Positions 51,666-60,710 of a stretch of DNA of 64,000 nt are shown here, in pieces. Source of the stretch: Litoreibacter sp. (lineage in GTDB: Bacteria > Pseudomonadota > Alphaproteobacteria > Rhodobacterales > Rhodobacteraceae). The first letter of the stretch is position 1. Every line of letters starts with the position of its first letter. The notes beneath the pieces are model-generated. The model was not told the origin of the DNA. It did no database searches and saw only the letters and a list, made by a program, of their open reading frames with translations. The stretch spans positions 177 through 64,176 of the forward strand of contig JAPORH010000130.1 of the NCBI GenBank assembly GCA_026710325.1, written 5' to 3'. The position numbers and the translations under genes were made by a program.

Positions 51666-51704
51666 AAGCAACTGCCCAACAATTCGAGCCCAAAATTTGA
51701 AGGA

Positions 51705-52817
51705 TCAACTGCCATTCAATTTGGCTCTAACGTTTGGGACACGCTCAAGGAACTTTTCTTCATTCGGTTCCAAGCTTGGGTACTTCACACGTGGCAGGAT
51801 GAGCGGCTTTCCGGCTCTTGCGAGATAGGCGTTTTCGAAAGCCGCGGGCAAACCGCCGGCAGCTGAAAAGCTGGCTCCGTCCGCGTACTGAGGATCAAAA
51901 GCATCGGGCGAAGCCACGATAGTTTCGAACAGGTCGCGCCCTCTTAAAACCATCCAGCATCGGAAGTCCTCAAATGAGTCATCGGAGCATCCATCTTGCA
52001 GCACATAGGCGAGCGCCCAGATGTCTTCGCAGTAAGATGCGGTGAGTGAGGATTGAAAAAATTTAGCCGCGTCGCGAATGGCCTTGGGGGTAAAGGCTGT
52101 CAGTCTGTCCTCTATCTTGAGGAGCGTTTCACTTTCGGAAGAACATTGCGCGTCGTGGATGATGCTCCAAAAGAGTTCCTCCGACATGGGCGTTTTTTCC
52201 GCGGCTGGCAGCTTGGATTTTGCTCCATTTTCGAGCTCCTCGCGCCATTTTGCGATTTGGGTGTGATGATCAGCTGTGATCCCATATTTCGACAGCCACT
52301 GCTCGAAAGCATCTAGTGCACTAGATGCGACTTCCTTTTTTTCAGGGAATTGCTTTGCCATTGAGATTTGGAAGCGATTTGGTGCGGTCTTTGAGGCCTT
52401 GCCGTCAGGTTGCGCGTTGTATTTTGAGACAACGTTGTGGGCGCGCAAGAACTCGCGATAGACTTCCATATGGCTTGCGATATCGGCCCGCCAAATCTGT
52501 GCGCCGCGATGTTTGTGTCCAGCCGATGCCAACATGTCGACAATTGTTCCGTAGCTTCCCGACAGACCTGCGCTGCTGACATTTGACATCACATCTTTGG
52601 CGACCAAATGAGCGCTGTTGTTGTCAAAGTGCTTTTGCGTGACCCAGATGAACAAGTCCGGGCTGAGGTTGAAAATCGGCGCTTCTAGAAGCGCTGCGGG
52701 CGTGTCCGGGTCGCCAGAGTCCCTCTTTTCCGCAAGAAGTAGCATGCAGTCGTTTTGATCCTCAAAGAGACCTTTAAATTCGATATCAAGTAGGTCGGTG
52801 ATTTCTCTGGAAAGCAT
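51705..52817 (-). CDS. Hypothetical protein with C-terminal DUF4240 domain
   Basis: C-terminal FWSII...WALAYVLQDGCSDDSFEDFRCWMVLRGR..FE...PD; N-terminal ~200 aa unrecognised; start ATG 52817 (TTG 52835 alternative). Confidence 0.7.
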   Translation of the reverse strand: MLSREITDLLDIEFKGLFEDQNDCMLLLAEKRDSGDPDTPAALLEAPIFNLSPDLFIWVTQKHFDNNSAHLVAKDVMSNVSSAGLSGSYGTIVDMLASAGHKHRGAQIWRADIASHMEVYREFLRAHNVVSKYNAQPDGKASKTAPNRFQISMAKQFPEKKEVASSALDAFEQWLSKYGITADHHTQIAKWREELENGAKSKLPAAEKTPMSEELFWSIIHDAQCSSESETLLKIEDRLTAFTPKAIRDAAKFFQSSLTASYCEDIWALAYVLQDGCSDDSFEDFRCWMVLRGRDLFETIVASPDAFDPQYADGASFSAAGGLPAAFENAYLARAGKPLILPRVKYPSLEPNEEKFLERVPNVRAKLNGS

Positions 52818-52921
52818 CAAAAAACCCTTTTTCAACTCCGCTTTCTATCGCGAATGAACATGTCAATACTTGGGCAAATCGCGCTAGGCGGTTTTGAGTG
52901 CGCCAGAAAGCTTCGAAAACA

Positions 52922-52951
52922 ACAAAAAAAGCCCCGCAGAGTATGCGGGGC
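52922..52951 (-). terminator. infC intrinsic terminator
   Basis: GCCCCGCA/TGCGGGGC stem followed on the minus strand by TTTTTTTGTT. Confidence 0.8.
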
Positions 52952-52975
52952 TCTAAAATTCAAAATGTGGCGCGC

Positions 52976-53521
52976 CTAAGCTTTCACAGGCCCGATCATC
53001 ATGATCATCTGGCGGCCTTCCATCTTGGGCATGTTTTCCACCTTGCCCTTGCCGTCGACGTCTTCGGCGACCCGTTCCAGCAACTCCCGACCGAGGTTCA
53101 AGTGCGCCATTTCGCGGCCACGGAAGCGCAGAGTGACCTTCACCTTGTCACCGTTTTCGAGGAATTTGTACACGTTGCGCATTTTGACCTCATAGTCATG
53201 CGTGTCCGTGTTGGGGCGGAATTTGACCTCTTTGACCTCGATGGTCTTTTGCTTCTTGCGCGCCTCCGCCTCTTTCTTCTGCTGTTCATATTTGAACTTG
53301 CCAAAATCCATGATTTTACACACGGGCGGGGTGGCATTGGGGGAAATTTCTACAAGGTCAAGCCCGGCATCGTCTGCCATCTGCATGGCGCGGGAAGGGC
53401 TGACAACTCCCACATTTTCACCTTCTGCGCCGATCAGGCGAATTTCATCTGCGCGGATGCGATCATTTACGCGGGGTCCGGTGTCGCGCTGTGGGGGCGC
53501 GTTGTGTGGTCTGCGGGCTAT
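52976..53521 (-). CDS. infC: Translation initiation factor IF-3 with non-canonical ATA start
   Basis: Frame extends upstream of the ORF-track start: [33 protein letters not shown]...; AAGGA RBS; [21 protein letters not shown] motifs. Confidence 0.95.
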   Translation of the reverse strand: MARRPHNAPPQRDTGPRVNDRIRADEIRLIGAEGENVGVVSPSRAMQMADDAGLDLVEISPNATPPVCKIMDFGKFKYEQQKKEAEARKKQKTIEVKEVKFRPNTDTHDYEVKMRNVYKFLENGDKVKVTLRFRGREMAHLNLGRELLERVAEDVDGKGKVENMPKMEGRQMIMMIGPVKA

Positions 53522-53721
53522 GGTGCCTATTCCTTATGTGGTTTCTGTAATTAGGTCAGGCCTGCAAGGTAAGGGGCGGGAGGCAGCGGTTCAAGCGCCA
53601 TTTGAGCGGAATGACGCGAATCCGCCAGCTTTCCCCCTAAACTGTCATTGTTCATCCCCGATACAGCTCATAGATCGATGGTTAACGGGCCGAAGCGCCC
53701 GAGCACATGAAGGAGTTCACT

Positions 53722-54636
53722 ATGCGCACGCAATTCATTTCGGCCTTTGCCCTTGCGGCTGTTTTAGGCGCGACGAGCGTTGCCCCCGCCAACGCCATGG
53801 GTTGGTTTTTCGGTGATGACGAAGCCGCAGAAGCGGCAAAAGAAGCAGAAGAAGCCGCCGCGAAAGCTGCTGAAGAGGCCAAGATGAAGGCCGAGGAAGA
53901 GGCAAAAGCTGCAGAAGAAGCCGCGGCAGCTGAAGCAGCTGAAGCAGAGGCCGCCGCCAAGGAAGCAGAAGAGGCTGCCGCCAAGGCTCAGGAGGAGGCC
54001 GACGCCGCTGCTGCAGAAGCCGCTGCAAAAGCGGAAGAAGAAGCCAAAGCCCTTGCAGAAGAGGCCGAAGAAAAAGTTGAAGAGGCTGCGGAAGCCGCAA
54101 GCGATGCAGTTGAAGGCGCTGTCGATAGCGCTGCTGAGGCTGTCGAAGGTGCCGTCGACGAGGCCAACGAGGCCGTCGAAGGCGCAGCCGCAGCTTTGAC
54201 TGGTGGAGCCGATGCCGCAACCGAGGAAGCGGAAGCTGTGACCGAAGAAGCAACTGAAGCTGCGACCGAGGCGACTGAAGATGCCGAAGCGGCTGTTGAA
54301 GAGGCAACAGAGGGCGCAGGAGAGGCAGCCGAAGGCGCTGCTGAAGCCACTGAGGAGGCAGCTGAAGCTGTGACCGAAGAAGCTGAAGCCGTCACTGAAG
54401 AGGCCGATGCTGCCACTGAAGAAGCAGAAGCGGCTGCTGACGAAGGAACGACGGGCATCGCTGATGTGTTGAGCCCTGAAGGTTTTGACTATGACAGCGT
54501 GATCAGCCTAATCGACGAAAACGTCAGCAACCCGCTGCTCTCCGGCACTCTCAAGACCGGGATTGAAACGGCGCGCGACAACCCGGACCAGCTGAAAGCA
54601 GCGCTGGATGCAGTAAAGGCCGCGATTGGTCAGTAA
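53722..54636 (+). CDS. Secreted low-complexity Ala/Glu-rich acidic protein
   Basis: GAAGGAG RBS; signal peptide ending APANA; long EEAA-type repeats; short globular C-terminus; terminator downstream. Confidence 0.8.
   Translation: MRTQFISAFALAAVLGATSVAPANAMGWFFGDDEAAEAAKEAEEAAAKAAEEAKMKAEEEAKAAEEAAAAEAAEAEAAAKEAEEAAAKAQEEADAAAAEAAAKAEEEAKALAEEAEEKVEEAAEAASDAVEGAVDSAAEAVEGAVDEANEAVEGAAAALTGGADAATEEAEAVTEEATEAATEATEDAEAAVEEATEGAGEAAEGAAEATEEAAEAVTEEAEAVTEEADAATEEAEAAADEGTTGIADVLSPEGFDYDSVISLIDENVSNPLLSGTLKTGIETARDNPDQLKAALDAVKAAIGQ
54232..54383 (+). repeat. Exact 20-bp direct repeat within the low-complexity gene
   Basis: GAAGCTGTGACCGAAGAAGC at 54232-54251 and 54364-54383. Confidence 0.8.
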
Positions 54637-54653
54637 GTCACCGACTTTGAAAC

Positions 54654-54688
54654 AAAAAACGCCCGTGAAAAGCTCCCGGGCGTTTTTT
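54654..54688. terminator. Bidirectional intrinsic terminator
   Basis: AAAAAACGCCCG...CGGGCGTTTTTTT between convergent genes. Confidence 0.85.
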
Positions 54689-54706
54689 TGTTTCTAGATT
54701 GTCGAA

Positions 54707-55549
54707 TTAGCCAACGAAGGCTTTTTCGACCACATAGTGTTTCGGATCGGAGTTTGCGCCTTCCTCAAGGCCAAACCCTTCCAGAATTTCCTTCAGGTCT
54801 GTGTTCAGCCCGATGGAGCCGCAGACCATGGCTCGGTCCGTCTCAGACGAAATACCGTCGATCCCGAGGTCTTTGAAGACAGTACCGTCCTGTAGAAGAG
54901 TGGTGATACGCCCCATCTTCGGGCTCTCTTCGCGGGTGGTTGTGGGGTAGTAGACGAGCTTTTTGAGGTTTTCTTCACCAAGAAGCTCAACCATCATCTC
55001 GTCGCTGCGCAGGTTCTCGATCAGTTCCTTGCCATAGTTCAACTCCGCCACATCGCGGCAGGTATGGGTCATGATGATCTGGTCGTAATCCTCGAATGTT
55101 TGCGGGTCGCGCAGCAAGGACGCGAAGGGCGCAAAACCGGTGCCGGTGGCGAAGAACCAAAGCCGTTTGCCGGGCAAGAGCGCGTCATGGACCAATGTGC
55201 CAACTGGTTTGGGGCGCAAAATGATCTGATCGCCGGGCTGAATGTGCTGGAGTTTTGACGTCAGCGGGCCGTCCTGCACCTTGATGGAATAAAACTCCAA
55301 CTCCTCATCCCATGAAGGCGAAGCAATCGAGTAGGCGCGCAGCAGCGGCTTTTGCTTTCCCGTTTCGGGATGCGGGTCGCCCATCAGGCCGATCATCACA
55401 AATTCGCCGGAGCGGAAGCGCAGGGAGGCGGGACGTGTCACCCGGAAGGAAAACAGGCGGTCTGTCCAGTGCTTCACCTCGGTGACGGTCTGCGCGTCGG
55501 GCAGCGTTGGAACAGCTTTTGCAGGTGCGTTCATGGTCATGTCATTCAT
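54707..55549 (-). CDS. fpr: Ferredoxin--NADP+ reductase
   Basis: FRSGEFVMIGL, RAYSIAS, GPLTS, TGTGFAPF, MVCGS, VEKAF. Confidence 0.95.
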   Translation of the reverse strand: MNDMTMNAPAKAVPTLPDAQTVTEVKHWTDRLFSFRVTRPASLRFRSGEFVMIGLMGDPHPETGKQKPLLRAYSIASPSWDEELEFYSIKVQDGPLTSKLQHIQPGDQIILRPKPVGTLVHDALLPGKRLWFFATGTGFAPFASLLRDPQTFEDYDQIIMTHTCRDVAELNYGKELIENLRSDEMMVELLGEENLKKLVYYPTTTREESPKMGRITTLLQDGTVFKDLGIDGISSETDRAMVCGSIGLNTDLKEILEGFGLEEGANSDPKHYVVEKAFVG

Positions 55550-55618
55550 AGCGTGTCTAGCGAGGTTGACACCTCGATCTCTTCTTTAACGGGGAAACTT
55601 TGCTTCGGGAAGTGCGGT

Positions 55619-56038
55619 TCAGGCGCGCAGGCGCATCTGGTAGCTATGCGACTTCCAATCGGCACGGGCGAGCCATTGATCCTCCGGCTGGCGCGCGGCC
55701 AGATCGTCTGGGATCTCGACCTCGTCAAAGCCAGACCGGCGCGCCATTGCATATTGGTCGGCCAGGACGTGGCCCGAGGCGCGAAGGCGGCCCTTGTAAC
55801 CCATCAAGCGCAAACGGCGTGCAATGGTGAAGCCGCGACCGTCAGCGGAGGAGGGGAAGTCGACGCGGATCATGGCGATGTTTGAGAGCTTGTTGCTTAG
55901 ACCAGCCGGGTCAGCGTCGGATGCCAAATCAACCGAGTTTCCGGGACCTACATCATTGGCAGGCAGGTCGGCTTGCGGAATGAAACCGTCCGTCCAATCG
56001 TCGCTTACAAAGCCTGTATCTTGCACCAAAACGCTCAT
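55619..56038 (-). CDS. DUF934 family protein
   Basis: VDFPSSADGRGFTIARRLR, LRASGHVLADQY, RSGFD; sits in the cys operon. Confidence 0.88.
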   Translation of the reverse strand: MSVLVQDTGFVSDDWTDGFIPQADLPANDVGPGNSVDLASDADPAGLSNKLSNIAMIRVDFPSSADGRGFTIARRLRLMGYKGRLRASGHVLADQYAMARRSGFDEVEIPDDLAARQPEDQWLARADWKSHSYQMRLRA

Positions 56039-56757
56039 GCTGCGTTCTCCTGTCTTTGCGGTTTTCCATCCACGAAATGGATGCCGCATTCGGTTTTTTC
56101 TTGTCCGCGCCACCGGCCGGCACGCGGGTCTTCTCCCTCGGCCACTTTGGTTGTGCAGGGGGCACAGCCTATGGATGCAAAGCCACGTGCCACAAGAGGG
56201 TGACGGGGCAGGTCATGGGCGTCCATGTAATCGGCGATCATTTTTGGGGTCCAATCCGCCAGCGGATTGATCTTGATGCGCGCGCCTTCGTCTTTCTCAA
56301 AAAGCGCCAGCTTCGCACGCTGCCCGCCTTGTACTCGCTTGCGCCCAGTGATCCAGCCGCCAAAATCTTGCAATGCGCGCTCCAGCGGTTCCGTTTTGCG
56401 CAAGCTACAGCATGCGTCAGTGTCGAATTGGTGCAGGATGCCGTCCACGTCGCGCTCCATTACCGCGCCTCGATCAGGGCGGATGACGCGGATGTTAGTA
56501 AGGCCCAGCTGTTCAGCGGCCTCGCGTTGATAGGTCAGCGTTTCGGGGAAAAGCATCTCGGTATCGAGGAAAATCACAGGCGTCGTAGGGTCAATCTCGG
56601 AAACCATGTGCAACAGCACAACGCTTTCCGCACCAAAGCTTGAGACCAGCGCGACTTGCCCGATTTGCACATCATCAAGTGCGTGCTTCAGAATAGTCTG
56701 CGCGTCGCTTTTGCGGTGGAGCAGATTGCGGCGCTCTGCCAGTTCCTTAAGCGGCAT
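56035..56757 (-). CDS. cysH: Phosphoadenylyl-sulfate (PAPS/APS) reductase
   Basis: SSFGAES, FLDT, CCSLRK, TGRKR, SIGC.PCT, ECGIH. Confidence 0.93.
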   Translation of the reverse strand: MPLKELAERRNLLHRKSDAQTILKHALDDVQIGQVALVSSFGAESVVLLHMVSEIDPTTPVIFLDTEMLFPETLTYQREAAEQLGLTNIRVIRPDRGAVMERDVDGILHQFDTDACCSLRKTEPLERALQDFGGWITGRKRVQGGQRAKLALFEKDEGARIKINPLADWTPKMIADYMDAHDLPRHPLVARGFASIGCAPCTTKVAEGEDPRAGRWRGQEKTECGIHFVDGKPQRQENAA

Positions 56758-58414
56758 TGGCTTTTACCTCCGGATAAAGGGCGGCCTTGAACGGCGCCAT
56801 GCCAAGACGACGGTAGGCGTCGATGAAACGCTCTTCTGGGCTTTCGCGCAGATCGAGATAAGCGGCAACCAGCCGCTCAATGGCAGGAACGATCTCGTCA
56901 TAGGCAAAGCCTGGGCCCGCGCGCTCGCCAACGGCTGCGGTCTCGGTGTGGTCGCCACCGAGCGTGATCTGGTAGTTTTCCACGCCTGCACGGTCGAGGC
57001 CAAGAATACCGATGTGACCGACATGGTGATGCCCGCAAGCGTTGATGCAGCCGGAGATTTTGATCTTCAGGTCGCCGATGTCGTGCTCCAGCTTCAGCTC
57101 GTCAAACCGCGTCGCAATCTGTTGGGCCACCGGGATCGAGCGGGCCGTCGCCAAAGCGCAGTAATCCATGCCGGGGCAGGCGATGATGTCGGAGATCAAC
57201 CCGATATTGGCCGTCGCCAGTCCGGCCTTGCGCAGCCGCGCATGGATCGCGGGCAGGTCGGCCTTGTGGACATGCGGCAGGATGACGTTCTGCTCATGGC
57301 TGATGCGCAGCTCGTCATGGGCGAAATCGCGGGCGATCTGAGCCATGACGCGCATCTGATCAGAGGTCGCGTCGCCGGGTGTCTGGCCTTGCTTTTTGAT
57401 CGAAATGGACACGATTGCGTAGCCATCTGCGCGGTGCTTGGTGACGTTGGTGTCCACCCAAGAACGGAAGACCGGGTCTTCGTGGTATGCCGCGTTAAAC
57501 GGCGCGATCGACGCCATTTTGAATTCCGGAGCAGCGAATTGGGCTTCGATGCCTTCCAACATGTCCTGATCCACACCGCTGAATTCAGGACGTAGCTGAG
57601 CGAAACGCTCCTCGACCAGATCGCGGATCGTGTCGATCCCGTTTTCATGCACGGTAATCTTGATGCGGGCCTTGTATTTGTTGTCGCGGCGGCCGAGCAG
57701 GTTGTAGACGCTGACGATGGCTTCCGCATAGGGTAGCAGGTCTGCTTTGGGCAGGAACTCCCGTAGAACCTTGCCGATCATCGGGGTGCGACCAAGCCCG
57801 CCGCCCACGATCACCTCATAGCCCGGCTCGCCCGCCTCATTGCGCACCATGCGCAACCCGATGTCATGCGCTTTGGTGACAGCGCGGTCGTTGGGGGAGC
57901 CGGTGACAGCGATCTTGAATTTGCGCGGCAGGAACTGGAATTCTGGGTGATCGGTGGACCACTGGCGAAGCAGTTCGGCAGTGGGGCGGGGGTCCTCGAT
58001 CTCGTCGGCCGCCGCACCCGCGAAATGGTCAGCGGTGACGTTTCGGATCGTGTTGCCGGAGGTCTGAATGGCGTGCATGCCAACCTCACCCAATGCGTCG
58101 AGCATATCGGGGACGTCACGCAGCTTGGGCCAGTTATACTGGATGTTCTGGCGCGTGGTGAAATGACCGTAACCTTTGTCCCATTTGTCGGCGATCATCG
58201 CGAGCTGGTCCATCTGCGCGCTGTTGAGCGTGCCATAAGGAATGGCCACGCGCAGCATGTAAGCGTGCAGCTGCAGGTAGAGCCCGTTCATCAGGCGCAG
58301 CGGTTTGAACTCATCCTCGGTCAGCGATCCGTTGATGCGGCGTTCGACCTGGGCGCGGAATTGCGCGTTGCGTTCGGCTAGAAAGTCGTGGTCGAAGTCA
58401 TTGTATTGATACAT
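56747..58414 (-). CDS. cysI: Sulfite reductase hemoprotein (nitrite/sulfite reductase family)
   Basis: TTRQNIQ, ACPGMDYC, ISGCINACG siroheme/4Fe-4S ligands. Confidence 0.9.
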   Translation of the reverse strand: MYQYNDFDHDFLAERNAQFRAQVERRINGSLTEDEFKPLRLMNGLYLQLHAYMLRVAIPYGTLNSAQMDQLAMIADKWDKGYGHFTTRQNIQYNWPKLRDVPDMLDALGEVGMHAIQTSGNTIRNVTADHFAGAAADEIEDPRPTAELLRQWSTDHPEFQFLPRKFKIAVTGSPNDRAVTKAHDIGLRMVRNEAGEPGYEVIVGGGLGRTPMIGKVLREFLPKADLLPYAEAIVSVYNLLGRRDNKYKARIKITVHENGIDTIRDLVEERFAQLRPEFSGVDQDMLEGIEAQFAAPEFKMASIAPFNAAYHEDPVFRSWVDTNVTKHRADGYAIVSISIKKQGQTPGDATSDQMRVMAQIARDFAHDELRISHEQNVILPHVHKADLPAIHARLRKAGLATANIGLISDIIACPGMDYCALATARSIPVAQQIATRFDELKLEHDIGDLKIKISGCINACGHHHVGHIGILGLDRAGVENYQITLGGDHTETAAVGERAGPGFAYDEIVPAIERLVAAYLDLRESPEERFIDAYRRLGMAPFKAALYPEVKANAA

Positions 58415-58731
58415 TAAACTGTCCTCACGCTGGCAGCGTCAGCTTGCTTGCCGTGGTTGTAATTGGAGGGGCCTTTGGTGCGGAAGTCTTCGCGAAAATG
58501 GGTGGGTTCCGGCCCGTCCTCACCGAGTTTTACGTCTGCCAGATAGGCACCCACGATTTGCTCAGGCTGGCTTTGAGCCAAAAGCAAACGGAGGTCGCCA
58601 TGGGCTTCATCCTCGATCACTTCGGCGTCTTTCAGGTTGCGCGACCACTGATCATCTTCGGTCAGATAGATGACGTCGCCCTCAAGAAGCGCATTTGCGG
58701 TAACGACTTTCGGGGTAAAGGGCTTGCTCAT
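58414..58731 (-). CDS. DUF2849 family protein
   Basis: VVTANALLEGDVIYL, HFREDFR.KGPS. Confidence 0.85.
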   Translation of the reverse strand: MSKPFTPKVVTANALLEGDVIYLTEDDQWSRNLKDAEVIEDEAHGDLRLLLAQSQPEQIVGAYLADVKLGEDGPEPTHFREDFRTKGPSNYNHGKQADAASVRTV

Positions 58732-60110
58732 ATTGCAGCCTCCTGTTGGTCAAATTGATCTGCCGCTTCCAGCGCCGCGCGTGGTGCAAGGCCTAGGAAA
58801 ACGAGCGCAGGGCCCGAGAGGTTGGCTTCCGTCAGGCTCGGCTCCAACTCCGACAAGGTGGTTGACAGAATGCGCTGCGTCGGGCGCGACGCGTTCTCGA
58901 TCACTGTGACGGGCGTCGCCGGGTCCGCGCCATGCATCAGCAGCCGGCCTTGAATGAACCGCGCCGATTTCTTGCCCATATAGATGGCGGCGACTTCGCC
59001 TGGTTGCGCCAGCGCGCGCCAATCGTGATCGGCATAGCCCTTGGTGTCATGCCCTGTAATGAGCCGCACGGCGGAATTACGACCGCGCTTGGTCAAGCTT
59101 TGACCCAGGGCCGCGACACCAGCGGAGGCAGATGTGATGCCAGGCACGATGTTCCAAGTGATCCCGCAGGCCTCGCAGGCTTCGATTTCTTCATCGAGCC
59201 GGCCAAATACGGTCGGGTCACCTGATTTCAATCGCACCACATGCGCACCGCCACGGGCATGGCTGACGATCATCTCATTGATGGCGTCTTGGCTGACCGA
59301 AGGACCGAACCCTTCTTTCCCTGCGGAGATCAAGGTCGCTTCGCGGCGCGCGAGTTCCAAGATTTCAGGGGCGACCAGACGGTCGTAGATGATGACATCA
59401 GCCTTATCGAGTGCTGAGCGTGCCTTCAGTGTCAAAAGTTCCGGGTCACCGGGACCGGCTCCAACCAAATCAACCCAGCCTTCGCGCTCGGGCGCGTTCA
59501 GGTGTTGGTCGAGCAGGGTTTCCAGCCGCTCTTGTGCTGCGTTCTCGGCCTTGACGTCAGCTTTGTAGTAGTCCGACCAGAAGGCGCGGCGCTTTGCACC
59601 AAAGGGTAGGGCTTCGACCTTCGCACGGAATGCTTTGCCCACACGGGCCATGAGGCCCAGATTGGGCGAAAGCTGTTCTTCCAAAGACTTCTTGATGGAG
59701 CGCGCCAATACCGGGGCGGCACCTTCGGTGCCGATGGCTACGGTGACAGGGTCACGATCGACGATAGCGGGCGTGATGAACTGGCTGTCGGCTAGGTTGT
59801 CGACAATGCTGACCAATGCGCCGTCGCGATGCGCGAGCGCGGCCACACGCGCGTCTTCAGCGTCGTCTTCGTTTGCTGCATAGAACAGCGAAGCGCAGAG
59901 CGCGTCGCCAGGTTCCATCGCACGCGCGATGAGGTGAAGCTTGCCGTCTGCCGCCCAAGCTTGGATTTCAGGCGCCGCGTCAGAAGCGACAACGGTGAGC
60001 TTGGCTTCGCTCTTCAGCAGCAGGCGAAGCTTGGCCAAAGCGGCTTCGCCGCCGCCTGACAGGACGACGCGTCGCCCTTCAAGGGCCATGAAAATCGGAA
60101 AATGCTTCAT
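58728..60110 (-). CDS. cysG: Siroheme synthase
   Basis: HFPIF..L.GR, AIVDR, LVGAGPGDPELLTLKA, RLKSGDP, VPGITSA. Confidence 0.95.
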   Translation of the reverse strand: MKHFPIFMALEGRRVVLSGGGEAALAKLRLLLKSEAKLTVVASDAAPEIQAWAADGKLHLIARAMEPGDALCASLFYAANEDDAEDARVAALAHRDGALVSIVDNLADSQFITPAIVDRDPVTVAIGTEGAAPVLARSIKKSLEEQLSPNLGLMARVGKAFRAKVEALPFGAKRRAFWSDYYKADVKAENAAQERLETLLDQHLNAPEREGWVDLVGAGPGDPELLTLKARSALDKADVIIYDRLVAPEILELARREATLISAGKEGFGPSVSQDAINEMIVSHARGGAHVVRLKSGDPTVFGRLDEEIEACEACGITWNIVPGITSASAGVAALGQSLTKRGRNSAVRLITGHDTKGYADHDWRALAQPGEVAAIYMGKKSARFIQGRLLMHGADPATPVTVIENASRPTQRILSTTLSELEPSLTEANLSGPALVFLGLAPRAALEAADQFDQQEAAI

Positions 60111-60143
60111 TGTGAGCGCTCCGTGTTGCGTTGCCTCTAAAAA

Positions 60144-60158
60144 TAGAAAAAAGTTCTT
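60144..60158. promoter_or_regulatory. Possible Lrp-family operator between cysG and the divergent regulator
   Basis: TAGAAAAAAGTTCTT matches 11 of 15 positions of the E. coli Lrp consensus YAGHAWATTWTDCTR. Confidence 0.3.
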
Positions 60159-60248
60159 ATATCGACTACCCATTGGAGAAAATAAGGAATAATGTACTAT
60201 CTGATGCGGGATTGAGTACGTGCGTTCACAAATTGAGGGAAAACAGGA

Positions 60249-60710
60249 ATGGCAGACCAATTGGACGCAATGGACCGGAATATCCTTGCGGAGTTGCAAC
60301 GCGACGCCTCACAATCTCTTGATGAAATTGCCCGCAAAACAGGGTCTTCCAAGACGCCTGTGTGGAACCGCATCAAGAAGATGCGGGCGCGCGGAGTGAT
60401 CAAGCAGGACACGGTTGTACTCGACCCAGAAGCCCTTGGGCTAGAGGCGTGTTTCTTTGTTTTGGTGCGAACCTCAGAGCATGAAGCCGATTGGCAAGCA
60501 CGGTTTCTGGCGACACTGCAAGCACGTCCCGAAGTGATGGAGGCACATAGGCTCGCAGGTGATATCGATTACATCCTCAAAGTGCGGGTCGCCAACGCGC
60601 GCGCATATGACGAATTCTACCAGGCGCTGATTTCCGAAGTGCGGATTTTCAATGTCACAGCACTTTTGTCGATGGAAGAGATCAAGTCGACGACGGCTCT
60701 TCCGCTTTAA
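60249..60710 (+). CDS. Lrp/AsnC-family regulator (DecR-like)
   Basis: LDAMDRNILAELQRDAS...PVWNRIKKM; EAHRLAGDIDYILKV; divergent from cysG. Confidence 0.9.
   Translation: MADQLDAMDRNILAELQRDASQSLDEIARKTGSSKTPVWNRIKKMRARGVIKQDTVVLDPEALGLEACFFVLVRTSEHEADWQARFLATLQARPEVMEAHRLAGDIDYILKVRVANARAYDEFYQALISEVRIFNVTALLSMEEIKSTTALPL

Noticed and set aside
53735-54458. Long alternate-frame and antisense ORFs over the Ala/Glu-rich gene; possible CRISPR-like periodicity
   Set aside because: Products of low-complexity codon repeats; repeats are in-frame and coding, with no constant repeat-spacer structure and no cas genes.
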